From: a bacterium
GTDB lineage: Bacteria; Patescibacteriota; Minisyncoccia; Phycocordibacterales; UBA9973
DNA length: 64,000 nt
NCBI GenBank assembly: GCA_021831595.1
Contig: JAKBMK010000020.1
Coordinates: 2,801 to 66,800, forward strand
Direction: 5' to 3'
Below are positions 20,395 through 28,418 of this stretch, one piece after another. Positions within the stretch are counted from its first letter, which is position 1, and every line of letters begins with the position of its first letter. The notes under the pieces are model-generated. The model did no database searches, was not told the origin of the DNA, and worked only from the letters and a program-made list of their open reading frames with translations. A program made the position numbers and the translations under genes.

Positions 20395-20487
20395 CGAAAA
20401 AATTAAAACCAAAAAATGGTTTGGGGCGTCACAATAGTGGCGCTCTTTTTTGTTTTTATTTGCTTATAGACATTATTTATTGGTATA

Positions 20488-21684
20488 ATGAATACACATA
20501 TGGGATTATTTTCATCTAAAAAAGAAAAAATTGTAGCCATTTTTGATATTGGATCAGGAAGTGTTGGGGGTGCATTAGTGAGTGTCCCTTTTGATGATAA
20601 AAATTTACCAACAATCATAAAATCAACCCGTACAGATATAGTCACAAGGAAAGAAGTAGACTTTGAGTTATTCTTAAAAGATATGATTTTGGCTTTAGGT
20701 TTCGCTTCCAAAGCTTTATATCATAGCAAGCTAGGAGCACCAGATGAAATAATTTGTGTATTAGCTTCTCCTTGGTATGTCAGTGAGACCAGAATGATAA
20801 AAATGACGAAAGAGCACTCATTTACTTTCACGAAGAGTATAGTAAATGAATTATTAGAAAAAGAAGTGTCAGCTTTAGATGCTTTGTATAAAAATAAATA
20901 CGAAAACGTAGAAGGAACTTCTGAGATTATAGAGCATCCAATTCTTGGTATTTCACTCAATGGATATCAGGTAGATGACCCATTGGGCAAGAGGACTCGT
21001 TCTGTCGAGATGAATATGGTTATATCTCTTTCCCCAAAAATATGTTTGGATAAAATAAAAGAAACCATAGAGAAGACATTTCATCATAATGATAATATTA
21101 CCTTTTCTTCTTTTATGATGGATTCTTATATTGCTGTTAGAGATAGATATATGAGTCATGAATCTTATCTATTACTAGATATAGGGGGTGAAATCACTGA
21201 TATAGCTGTTGTTTCCAAGGGTATATTGAAAGATTCTCTGTCATTCCCTTATGGCAAGAAGAGTCTACTTCGAGATATAAGTAATAAATTAAAAATAGAA
21301 TTACGCGATGCCAAAGAAATTTTCAGTCTATATAATGGTGGTGTAATTTCAGAAAAAGAAAGTGCAAGACTTGAGCCTGTTTTGAATTCAATAAAAGAAT
21401 CCTGGATGGCTTCTTTCAGAGAATGTATAAGCGCTCTTCCGAAAACTTTATCTCTACCGAACGCAATGTTTATTACTATAGATGGAGACATAAAAGATTG
21501 GTTTATAAAAATTATAAAAGATGAAGAATTTGTACAATCTACTCTTCTAAATAAGAAGTTTGCGATAATACCACTCGATGGCCCGGTATTTTTAAACATG
21601 TGTGATGTCAGGAATAGTGGATGTGATTCATTCTTAATGATTGAAGCTATAAGTGCTAGGAGAAAAATGAATTTGTATGACTAA
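20488..21684 (+). CDS. actin-fold ATPase, PilM/FtsA-like
   Basis: IVAIFDIGSGSVGGALV and LLLDIGGEITDIAVV phosphate-binding motifs of the PilM/FtsA family. Confidence 0.55.
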   Translation: MNTHMGLFSSKKEKIVAIFDIGSGSVGGALVSVPFDDKNLPTIIKSTRTDIVTRKEVDFELFLKDMILALGFASKALYHSKLGAPDEIICVLASPWYVSETRMIKMTKEHSFTFTKSIVNELLEKEVSALDALYKNKYENVEGTSEIIEHPILGISLNGYQVDDPLGKRTRSVEMNMVISLSPKICLDKIKETIEKTFHHNDNITFSSFMMDSYIAVRDRYMSHESYLLLDIGGEITDIAVVSKGILKDSLSFPYGKKSLLRDISNKLKIELRDAKEIFSLYNGGVISEKESARLEPVLNSIKESWMASFRECISALPKTLSLPNAMFITIDGDIKDWFIKIIKDEEFVQSTLLNKKFAIIPLDGPVFLNMCDVRNSGCDSFLMIEAISARRKMNLYD

Positions 21685-23119
21685 AAGAGTTTTAGAAGAT
21701 ATCAAACTAAATAAAAACAATGCTTCAAATACTGCTAAAACAGTAAATATTCCTGTTGTTAATACTTTTAAACCAGAAGTTAAGATTGAGCCAAAACCAG
21801 AATCAAAACCTACTATAACCCCAATAGTAGAAACAAAAACAAAAGAAGAAGTAAAAACCGAAATTAATTCGGAAAAGAAATCTGAAAGTATAACAGGAAA
21901 TAAATATGAATTTTTGAAAAAACATTCCAGTTTTAATAATAGCAACAAGAGGATTTCATATACACCCCAAATGCCCTCGAAAAGGCGTTTCAATAAAATT
22001 ATTCTTTATGCTTTCATAATCTCCATCATTTTGGGTGTTTTCTACCTTTTCTCTACTACTTTCTTTATCGCGAAAGTAACTGTAGTTCCCAAGAGTAAAA
22101 TTTTTAATCTCGATGGTCAAGAATTTCTAGCTTCAAAGAAAAATGGTGTGCCTTTTGAGGTTATGATTGTTGATGATACAGAGAGTAAGAGTGTAGTTCT
22201 GACATCATCAAGAGAGGCTTCCGATAAGGCGAAAGGACAGATAACCCTATACAATAGTTATAGTAATAAACCTATTAAATTCACGGCAGGAACTTTTATT
22301 TCTGATGAAAAAGGTAAATCATACAAGATAGATACTGCTGTGTCTGTGCCTGGCTATACCACAAAAGACTCAAAGATTATTCCAGGTGAAGCAGTTGTTA
22401 GTATCACATCTTTCTTGCCAGGAGAAGCATATAATGGATCTCCAGAAATGTTTTATATAAATTCCTTCAAGAATACCGATAAATATAAAAAGATTTATGG
22501 CAAAGTAAAAAGTCCTTTGGTGGGTGGAGCTTTAGGGTCAGTATATTTTGTGGACGATGGAGAAAAAGAAAAAATTCTTTCGAATGTTACTACATCTAGA
22601 GATAAACTTTTGAAGAAAATGAATGCTTTGGTTCCAGAAGGTTATATATTGTATAAAGATGCAGTAAATTATTCTTATAATATTGATCCAAACTTTTTAT
22701 CAAAGACACCAAACACAAAGATAGATATACATGGAAATTTGTCCGCAATATTATTAAAAAGAGAGGAACTCGCATCTCTTGTTATAGACAAGCAGCTTCC
22801 TGATATAAACAGAGCGGAGAAAAAAGAAATTTTAGAGCCAGATTTATCTTCCTTATCATTTAATTTTACTGACAAGAACTTTATTATAAATAAAGAAGTT
22901 GAAAGTTTTGAATTTGAGCTAAAAGGGAATTTGACTCTCAATTGGAATCCTGATGTTAATAAATTGCAGACTTCTTTGGTGGGGAAAAATAAGGCCGACA
23001 TACCGAATATTTTCAAGCAAGACCCAGGAATAACTAGCGCCAGTGTGAAAATAATCCCATTTTGGGCCAAGAAGGTACCACTAAAGACAGAAAAGATAAA
23101 TATTATAATGAAAAAGTAG
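21677..23119 (+). CDS. hypothetical bitopic membrane protein
   Basis: 480 aa; Lys/Pro/Glu-rich cytoplasmic N-terminus, one TM near residue 115, large extracytoplasmic domain; 8-nt overlap with the upstream gene. Confidence 0.5.
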   Translation: MTKRVLEDIKLNKNNASNTAKTVNIPVVNTFKPEVKIEPKPESKPTITPIVETKTKEEVKTEINSEKKSESITGNKYEFLKKHSSFNNSNKRISYTPQMPSKRRFNKIILYAFIISIILGVFYLFSTTFFIAKVTVVPKSKIFNLDGQEFLASKKNGVPFEVMIVDDTESKSVVLTSSREASDKAKGQITLYNSYSNKPIKFTAGTFISDEKGKSYKIDTAVSVPGYTTKDSKIIPGEAVVSITSFLPGEAYNGSPEMFYINSFKNTDKYKKIYGKVKSPLVGGALGSVYFVDDGEKEKILSNVTTSRDKLLKKMNALVPEGYILYKDAVNYSYNIDPNFLSKTPNTKIDIHGNLSAILLKREELASLVIDKQLPDINRAEKKEILEPDLSSLSFNFTDKNFIINKEVESFEFELKGNLTLNWNPDVNKLQTSLVGKNKADIPNIFKQDPGITSASVKIIPFWAKKVPLKTEKINIIMKK

Positions 23120-23170
23120 TCATAAATGTTGACTAAAAATTATATATTTGTTATGATGATAGTACATTAA

Positions 23171-23386
23171 ATGAATCAAAGAGACGACAACAATACAGTA
23201 ATTGGCACAGTGACAGAGGCCCTTCCTAATACTCTATTTAGGGTAGATATAGGAGATGGTAAAGTGATTCTAAGCTACTTGTCTGGAAAGATGAGAATGC
23301 ATAGAATTAAGGTACTTTTAGGGGATAGAGTTGAAGTCCTTCTTGATCCATATGGTGGAAAAGGCAGGATTATTAAGAGAGGTTAA
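23171..23386 (+). CDS. infA: translation initiation factor IF-1
   Basis: S1-like fold; GKMRMHRIKVLLGDRVEVLLDPY. Confidence 0.92.
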   Translation: MNQRDDNNTVIGTVTEALPNTLFRVDIGDGKVILSYLSGKMRMHRIKVLLGDRVEVLLDPYGGKGRIIKRG

Positions 23387-23491
23387 GAGCCCCTCTTGCA
23401 TTTTTATTTAAATAGTGTAGTATATTTCAATGCTTGAGTTTTATATAGGGCATAAGACCCTCTATTTTTCTTTTGTGTAGAAGATAATATT

Positions 23492-23602
23492 ATGAAAATC
23501 AAATCATCAATTAAGAAAATCTGTGCGAAATGTAAAATGGTAAAACGGGAAGGTCATCTCCGTATTATTTGTTCTAATCCTAAACATAAACAAAAACAAT
23601 AA
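23492..23602 (+). CDS. rpmJ: 50S ribosomal protein L36
   Basis: [36 protein letters not shown]; zinc-ribbon CxxC...C..H; found by eye, below the ORF-track cutoff. Confidence 0.9.
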   Translation: MKIKSSIKKICAKCKMVKREGHLRIICSNPKHKQKQ

Positions 23603-23607
23603 TTTAT

Positions 23608-23988
23608 ATGAGAATTCTAGGTATAACAATTCCAAACAATAAACATTTAGATGTTGCCCTTACTGCTTTATACGGTATCGGTATCTCTCGTGCTCGTACT
23701 ATTTTGAAAGAAGCAGGTATCGATCCTTCTGTCAAAGCTGACACCTTAACCGTAGATGAAGAAAATGCCATCCGTAAGATTATAGAAACTATGCAGATTG
23801 AAGGAGTTCTAAAGCGTGAAATCGCCTCCAACATCAAGAGACTTAAAGACATCAAATCATACAGAGGAATTAGACATATGAGAAGATTGCCAGTGAATGG
23901 TCAGCGAACAAAGACTAATTCTAGAACAATAAGAGGTAATGTTAGAAAGACAATGGCATCTGGTCGCCGCAAGGAATCAAAGACATAA
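23608..23988 (+). CDS. rpsM: 30S ribosomal protein S13
   Basis: MRILGITIPNNKHLDVALTALYGIG. Confidence 0.95.
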   Translation: MRILGITIPNNKHLDVALTALYGIGISRARTILKEAGIDPSVKADTLTVDEENAIRKIIETMQIEGVLKREIASNIKRLKDIKSYRGIRHMRRLPVNGQRTKTNSRTIRGNVRKTMASGRRKESKT

Positions 23989-24019
23989 TCACTAGCTACT
24001 AGAAATTAATTCATATCAT

Positions 24020-24472
24020 ATGGGAAAGATTAAAATAATAAACAAAAAAGAAGACGAGAAGAAGGTAGATGAAGAAGCAGTTGTTGAGACTGCTCCCAAG
24101 GCATCTCTCAAAGTACCAAAAGCTAAAATTGTTGCTGGAACTTTGCACGTAGAAGCCACTTTCAATAATACAAAAGTAATTCTCTCAGACAAGAATGGTA
24201 ATACTTTGTTCTGGACTTCTGCAGGATCACTAGGTTTTAAAGGTGCAAAGAAGGGTACTCCTTTTGCTGCATCAAAAGCTGGTTCTGTAATTGGCGAGAA
24301 AGCTAAAGCTCTTGGAATCAAAGAAGTTGATGTAAAAGTTAAAGGAGTAGGATCGGGGCGAGAACCTACGATTAGAGCTTTCATGGCTTATGATATAGAT
24401 ATATCAGGAGTCAAAGATTTAACACCAGTTCCACACAATGGTCCTAAACCAAAGAAACCTCGTAGAGTATAA
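24020..24472 (+). CDS. rpsK: 30S ribosomal protein S11
   Basis: HVEATFNNTKVILSDKNGN...TPFAAS; Lys/Glu-rich N-terminal extension. Confidence 0.93.
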   Translation: MGKIKIINKKEDEKKVDEEAVVETAPKASLKVPKAKIVAGTLHVEATFNNTKVILSDKNGNTLFWTSAGSLGFKGAKKGTPFAASKAGSVIGEKAKALGIKEVDVKVKGVGSGREPTIRAFMAYDIDISGVKDLTPVPHNGPKPKKPRRV

Positions 24473-24481
24473 TAATCAATT

Positions 24482-25096
24482 ATGAAAACAGTAAAAAAAT
24501 ATAAAATAGGAAGAAGATTGGGCGCAGGAGTGTTTGAGAAATGTCAAACAGCTAAGTTCGTCGCATCTGAAGCTCGTCATTTAAAAAACTCCAAGAATAA
24601 AAAGCCTAAAGTACTTTCAGGCTATGCTCTTCAATTCGTAGAAAAGCAAAAAGTTCGCTTTATGTACAACATAAGTGAAAAGCAATTTTCAAATTATATT
24701 AAAGAAGCTGTTTCTACCAAAGCCAAGGGTGCTGTTGCTACAGAAGTTTTATATGAATTACTTGAAAATAGACTTGATAATGTGACTTACAGACTAGGAC
24801 TTGCTCACACTCGTCGTCTCTCTCGCCAAATGGTTTCTCACGGACATATAACAGTTAATGGAATTAAAACAACAGTTCCATCTCTACGTGTTAAAGTTGG
24901 AGATATCATTGCTGTTCGCGCAGGAAGCCAAAAGAGTCCAATGTTTGCGGAGATGGTTAAAAAGTCAAAAGAATATACAGCTCCAAATTGGCTCACTTTT
25001 AATGCGGAAACTCTAACAGGTAAAGTTGTAGGTAAACCAAAGAATGTAGATGGTTTCCTTGATCTAAACACTGTGCTTGAATTTTATAGTCGTTAG
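24482..25096 (+). CDS. rpsD: 30S ribosomal protein S4
   Basis: S4 domain LDNVTYRLGLAHTRRLSRQMVSHGHITVNG. Confidence 0.93.
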   Translation: MKTVKKYKIGRRLGAGVFEKCQTAKFVASEARHLKNSKNKKPKVLSGYALQFVEKQKVRFMYNISEKQFSNYIKEAVSTKAKGAVATEVLYELLENRLDNVTYRLGLAHTRRLSRQMVSHGHITVNGIKTTVPSLRVKVGDIIAVRAGSQKSPMFAEMVKKSKEYTAPNWLTFNAETLTGKVVGKPKNVDGFLDLNTVLEFYSR

Positions 25097-25160
25097 TATA
25101 TTAGTAACGTATGGTTAATTTTAATAAATAATTTATTGCGGGGTAACTCGCCAATATCAT

Positions 25161-26135
25161 ATGTCTCATTTAAATATCATTTTACCATCCAAGTTATCTA
25201 TAGTTTCTGAAGCAGATACAAAGGGTGTATATGAAATAGAAGGACTTTATCCTGGGTATGGACACACTCTAGGTAATTCTCTTCGTCGTATAATACTCTC
25301 ATCTCTTTCTGGAGCAGCTATTACTACCGTAAAAATTGAAGGAGTTGATCATGAATTTTCAGTTATGGATGGTGTAAAAGAAGATGTTATAACAATCTTA
25401 CTTCACTTAAAGCAAGTTCGTTTTCGTCTACTTACAGATGAACCACAAACAGTCAAACTTTCAGTAAAGGGACCAAAGCTAGTTACTGCTGCTGATATTA
25501 CAGCGGGTGGTCAAGTTGAAGTTTTGAATAAAGATTTATATATTGCAGAGATAACATCCAAGGCTAATTTTTCGATAGAAATGACAGTAGAAAAAGGATT
25601 AGGATTTGTTCCTAAAGATGTTCATCAAAAGAGTAAGAATGAAGTTGGCACTATTTCTTTAGATGCTATATTTACTCCTATTCGTCGCGTTTCTTATGAA
25701 GTTGAAAATATGCGTGTCGGCGACAAGACAAACCACAATCGTCTACGTATGACTATCGAGACAGATGGAACTCTCACTCCTCGTGAAGCCCTAGAACAAG
25801 CTATTACAACAATGGTAGAACAACTTCAAGCTATTGTTGGATTTACAGTTGCAAATCGTTCAGCTATTGAAAACAAAGCAGAAGAAACAGAAAAAGGAGA
25901 AGCACCTGAAGAGAAAGAGGAAGGAAGTGAATTTACTGATATTTTAAAGACCCGTATTGATACTCTTAAGCTTTCAACTCGTACACTTAATGCACTTACA
26001 GATGCGAATATTCGTACTATAGGTGGTATAGCGAGAAAGAAGAAAGAAGATCTACTTGAGATCGATGGTATCGGAGACAAAGGTATCCAAGAGATCAAGA
26101 AAGTTCTTGGTGAGTATAATATAACACTTAAATAA
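25161..26135 (+). CDS. rpoA: DNA-directed RNA polymerase subunit alpha
   Basis: GHTLGNSLRRIILSS N-terminal domain; C-terminal domain with helix-hairpin-helix (LSTRTLNAL). Confidence 0.95.
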   Translation: MSHLNIILPSKLSIVSEADTKGVYEIEGLYPGYGHTLGNSLRRIILSSLSGAAITTVKIEGVDHEFSVMDGVKEDVITILLHLKQVRFRLLTDEPQTVKLSVKGPKLVTAADITAGGQVEVLNKDLYIAEITSKANFSIEMTVEKGLGFVPKDVHQKSKNEVGTISLDAIFTPIRRVSYEVENMRVGDKTNHNRLRMTIETDGTLTPREALEQAITTMVEQLQAIVGFTVANRSAIENKAEETEKGEAPEEKEEGSEFTDILKTRIDTLKLSTRTLNALTDANIRTIGGIARKKKEDLLEIDGIGDKGIQEIKKVLGEYNITLK

Positions 26136-26158
26136 TTAGTAATTAATCAGTAACATAT

Positions 26159-26512
26159 ATGAGACACGGAAATAATGTAAGAAAATTTGGAAGAACTAAG
26201 AATCAACGTCATGCTTTGATGAAAGGTTTGATGCTTGCTCTTATTGCTCACGGCAAGATCGAAACGACAGAAGCAAAGGCAAAAGAACTTCGCCCAGCTA
26301 TTGAGAAAATGATAACAAAAGCAAACGAAGGTACACTTGCTTCACGTAGACTTGTAATTTCACGTTTGTATGGATTAACAAGTGAAGCTTCAAAGTTGAT
26401 TGATACCATAGCTCCTAAGTATAAAGGTCAGAAGGGAGGCTATACACGTATTACAAAGATGCCACGTCGCCTTGGGGACGCTAGTAAAATGGCAATAATC
26501 GAATTTATATAA
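26159..26512 (+). CDS. rplQ: 50S ribosomal protein L17
   Basis: MRHGNNVRKFGRTKNQRHALMKGL. Confidence 0.93.
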   Translation: MRHGNNVRKFGRTKNQRHALMKGLMLALIAHGKIETTEAKAKELRPAIEKMITKANEGTLASRRLVISRLYGLTSEASKLIDTIAPKYKGQKGGYTRITKMPRRLGDASKMAIIEFI

Positions 26513-26513
26513 T

Positions 26514-26864
26514 ATGACAAAAGTACACACAATTGATGCCACAGATAAGGTTCTAGGTCGCGTTGCAAGCGCTGCCGCCAAGGCTCTCATGGGTAAAACA
26601 TCTGCTGATTACAAAGCTAATCAAGTAGCTGATGTCCGTGTTTATATCAAGAATGCTTCAAAAACAAAAATGTCTGAAAGAAGAATGAGAGAAACTCTAC
26701 ACGAGACTTACTCAGGACAGCCAGGAGGATTCAAAGTAAAAACAAATGAAAAGATAATAGAGAAGAAAGGATGGAAAGGACTTTATGAACTTGCTGTTTT
26801 CGGAATGCTTCCCTCAAATAAACTAAGACCATTAATGATGAAACGTTTAACAATAACAGATTAA
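26514..26864 (+). CDS. rplM: 50S ribosomal protein L13
   Basis: HTIDATDKVLGRVASAAAKALMGK. Confidence 0.9.
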   Translation: MTKVHTIDATDKVLGRVASAAAKALMGKTSADYKANQVADVRVYIKNASKTKMSERRMRETLHETYSGQPGGFKVKTNEKIIEKKGWKGLYELAVFGMLPSNKLRPLMMKRLTITD

Positions 26865-26872
26865 TAATTTTT

Positions 26873-27286
26873 ATGGCAGAAAAGAAAACAACAACAAAAG
26901 AATATTTTAGAGCTATTGGCCGTCGTAAGACTGCTGTGGCTGTAGTACGTTTGTACAAGGCAGCAAAAAATTCATACAAAGTAAATGGTAAAGATTTTAC
27001 AGAATATTTTCCAACACCAGAGCTAAAGAAGATAGTTACAGGAGCATTTGAGACAGCTACACCAGCTGAGAAGTTTGAAGTAGTAGCTACCACCAAGGGT
27101 GGAGGCTCACATGCTCAAGCCGAAGCTGTCCGTCACGGTATATCACGCGCATTAGTTCTCTTTGATACTGAACTTCGTTCACCACTCAAGAAGGCTAAAA
27201 TGCTTAAACGCGATCCTCGTGTCGTTGAAAGAAAGAAATTCGGACTCAAGAAAGCAAGAAAATCACCACAATGGTCAAAAAGATAA
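26873..27286 (+). CDS. rpsI: 30S ribosomal protein S9
   Basis: C-terminal KFGLKKARKSPQWSKR. Confidence 0.93.
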   Translation: MAEKKTTTKEYFRAIGRRKTAVAVVRLYKAAKNSYKVNGKDFTEYFPTPELKKIVTGAFETATPAEKFEVVATTKGGGSHAQAEAVRHGISRALVLFDTELRSPLKKAKMLKRDPRVVERKKFGLKKARKSPQWSKR

Positions 27287-27294
27287 TAAAAATA

Positions 27295-27324
27295 AAAACT
27301 CCCATATGGGAGTTTTTATTTTTC
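27295..27324 (+). terminator. rho-independent terminator after rpsI
   Basis: aaaactccca-ta-tgggagtttt followed by atttttc. Confidence 0.85.
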
Positions 27325-27348
27325 TGCAATAGATTGTATAATAAAATA

Positions 27349-27711
27349 ATGAAATTTAATTCAAAAATTTGGAGTAATTTATTTTTTCTTGCACCTCTAA
27401 TAATATCCTTATATTATAGCCTGTTTTTGTATTCTATATTAGTATTTTTGTTGTTTATTTTTTCATTTCTGTATCATATTTCAGGAGAAAAAAAGTTTTT
27501 AATGGCAGATAAAATATTTGCTTATTTATTGATAGGGAGTAATCTTTTTCTTTCCTATTTATCAAATTTTAAAGAACCATATTTTTTATTAGCAATAGTT
27601 TCTGTAATTTTTGGTTTCTATTTCTTTTATATTAAAAAGAGGGATGATTATGAGTGGCATTTTTTCTGTTCAATGATAAGTTTATTTTGTTTATTATCAT
27701 ATATTTTATAA
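27349..27711 (+). CDS. hypothetical small polytopic membrane protein
   Basis: 121 aa, very hydrophobic and AT-rich; start moved downstream of the rpsI terminator. Confidence 0.35.
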   Translation: MKFNSKIWSNLFFLAPLIISLYYSLFLYSILVFLLFIFSFLYHISGEKKFLMADKIFAYLLIGSNLFLSYLSNFKEPYFLLAIVSVIFGFYFFYIKKRDDYEWHFFCSMISLFCLLSYIL

Positions 27712-27714
27712 ATT

Positions 27715-27749
27715 TTAGACCTTGAAAAAGTCTAATTTTTTGTTACAAT
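27715..27749 (+). promoter_or_regulatory. grpE promoter (TTGAAA-16-TACAAT) overlapped by inverted repeat TTAGAC-N9-GTCTAA
   Basis: IR 27715-27735 overlaps the -35; the -10 ends 6 nt before ATG 27756. Confidence 0.4.
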
Positions 27750-27755
27750 GTAAAG

Positions 27756-28355
27756 ATGAATGATGAAAATATACAACAAGAAAATACAGAATTAGATGAA
27801 TCAAAATCAGAGGAATTTCAAGACTTAGAATTCGTAGAATCTACAGAAGATGGGGAAATCTTGCCTACGAAAGATGTCGCGAAGAAGCTTCGTGAAGAGA
27901 TAAAAACTTTAAGAAAAGACAAAGAAGAATATCTAACTGGCTGGCAGAGAGCAAAAGCTGATTATGTAAATTTGCAAAAAGAGCTTGATTTAGCTCGTAT
28001 AAATATCGCTATTCTTACAAAAGAGAAAATGGTAGAGAAATTACTCCCTGCTCTTGATAGTTTTGATATGGCATTTTCCAATAAGGAACATTGGGAAAAG
28101 ATTGACAAGGATTGGCAGGATGGTATCACTTCTATTTATCAGCAAATTCTATCTGGTTTAGAGAAATCAGGCATAGAAAAAATAGATGAGAATGGAGTTC
28201 CTTTTGATCCCAGTATTCACCAATCGATCAGCATAATAGAAACAGATGAAGAGAAAAAAGATCACACAGTAGCGAATGTTTTGCAAGTTGGGTACAAGAT
28301 AGGAGAGAGAGTAATCCGCCCTGCAAAAGTCACAATTTTTGAGCACAAAAAATAA
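27756..28355 (+). CDS. grpE: nucleotide exchange factor GrpE
   Basis: Acidic N-terminus, long coiled coil, GrpE core (LPALDSFDMAF ... GVPFDPSIHQ). Confidence 0.88.
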   Translation: MNDENIQQENTELDESKSEEFQDLEFVESTEDGEILPTKDVAKKLREEIKTLRKDKEEYLTGWQRAKADYVNLQKELDLARINIAILTKEKMVEKLLPALDSFDMAFSNKEHWEKIDKDWQDGITSIYQQILSGLEKSGIEKIDENGVPFDPSIHQSISIIETDEEKKDHTVANVLQVGYKIGERVIRPAKVTIFEHKK

Positions 28356-28418
28356 TTCAATTTTATAAAAAGTTATCCACAGAAAATGCCTTAAATTTCT
28401 AGGTTTAAGGTTTTTTCT

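Noticed and set aside
27271-27348. ORF-track start of the membrane ORF at 27271, overlapping rpsI
   Set aside because: A strong rho-independent terminator at 27295-27324 lies inside that N-terminal extension; the start was moved to ATG 27349.
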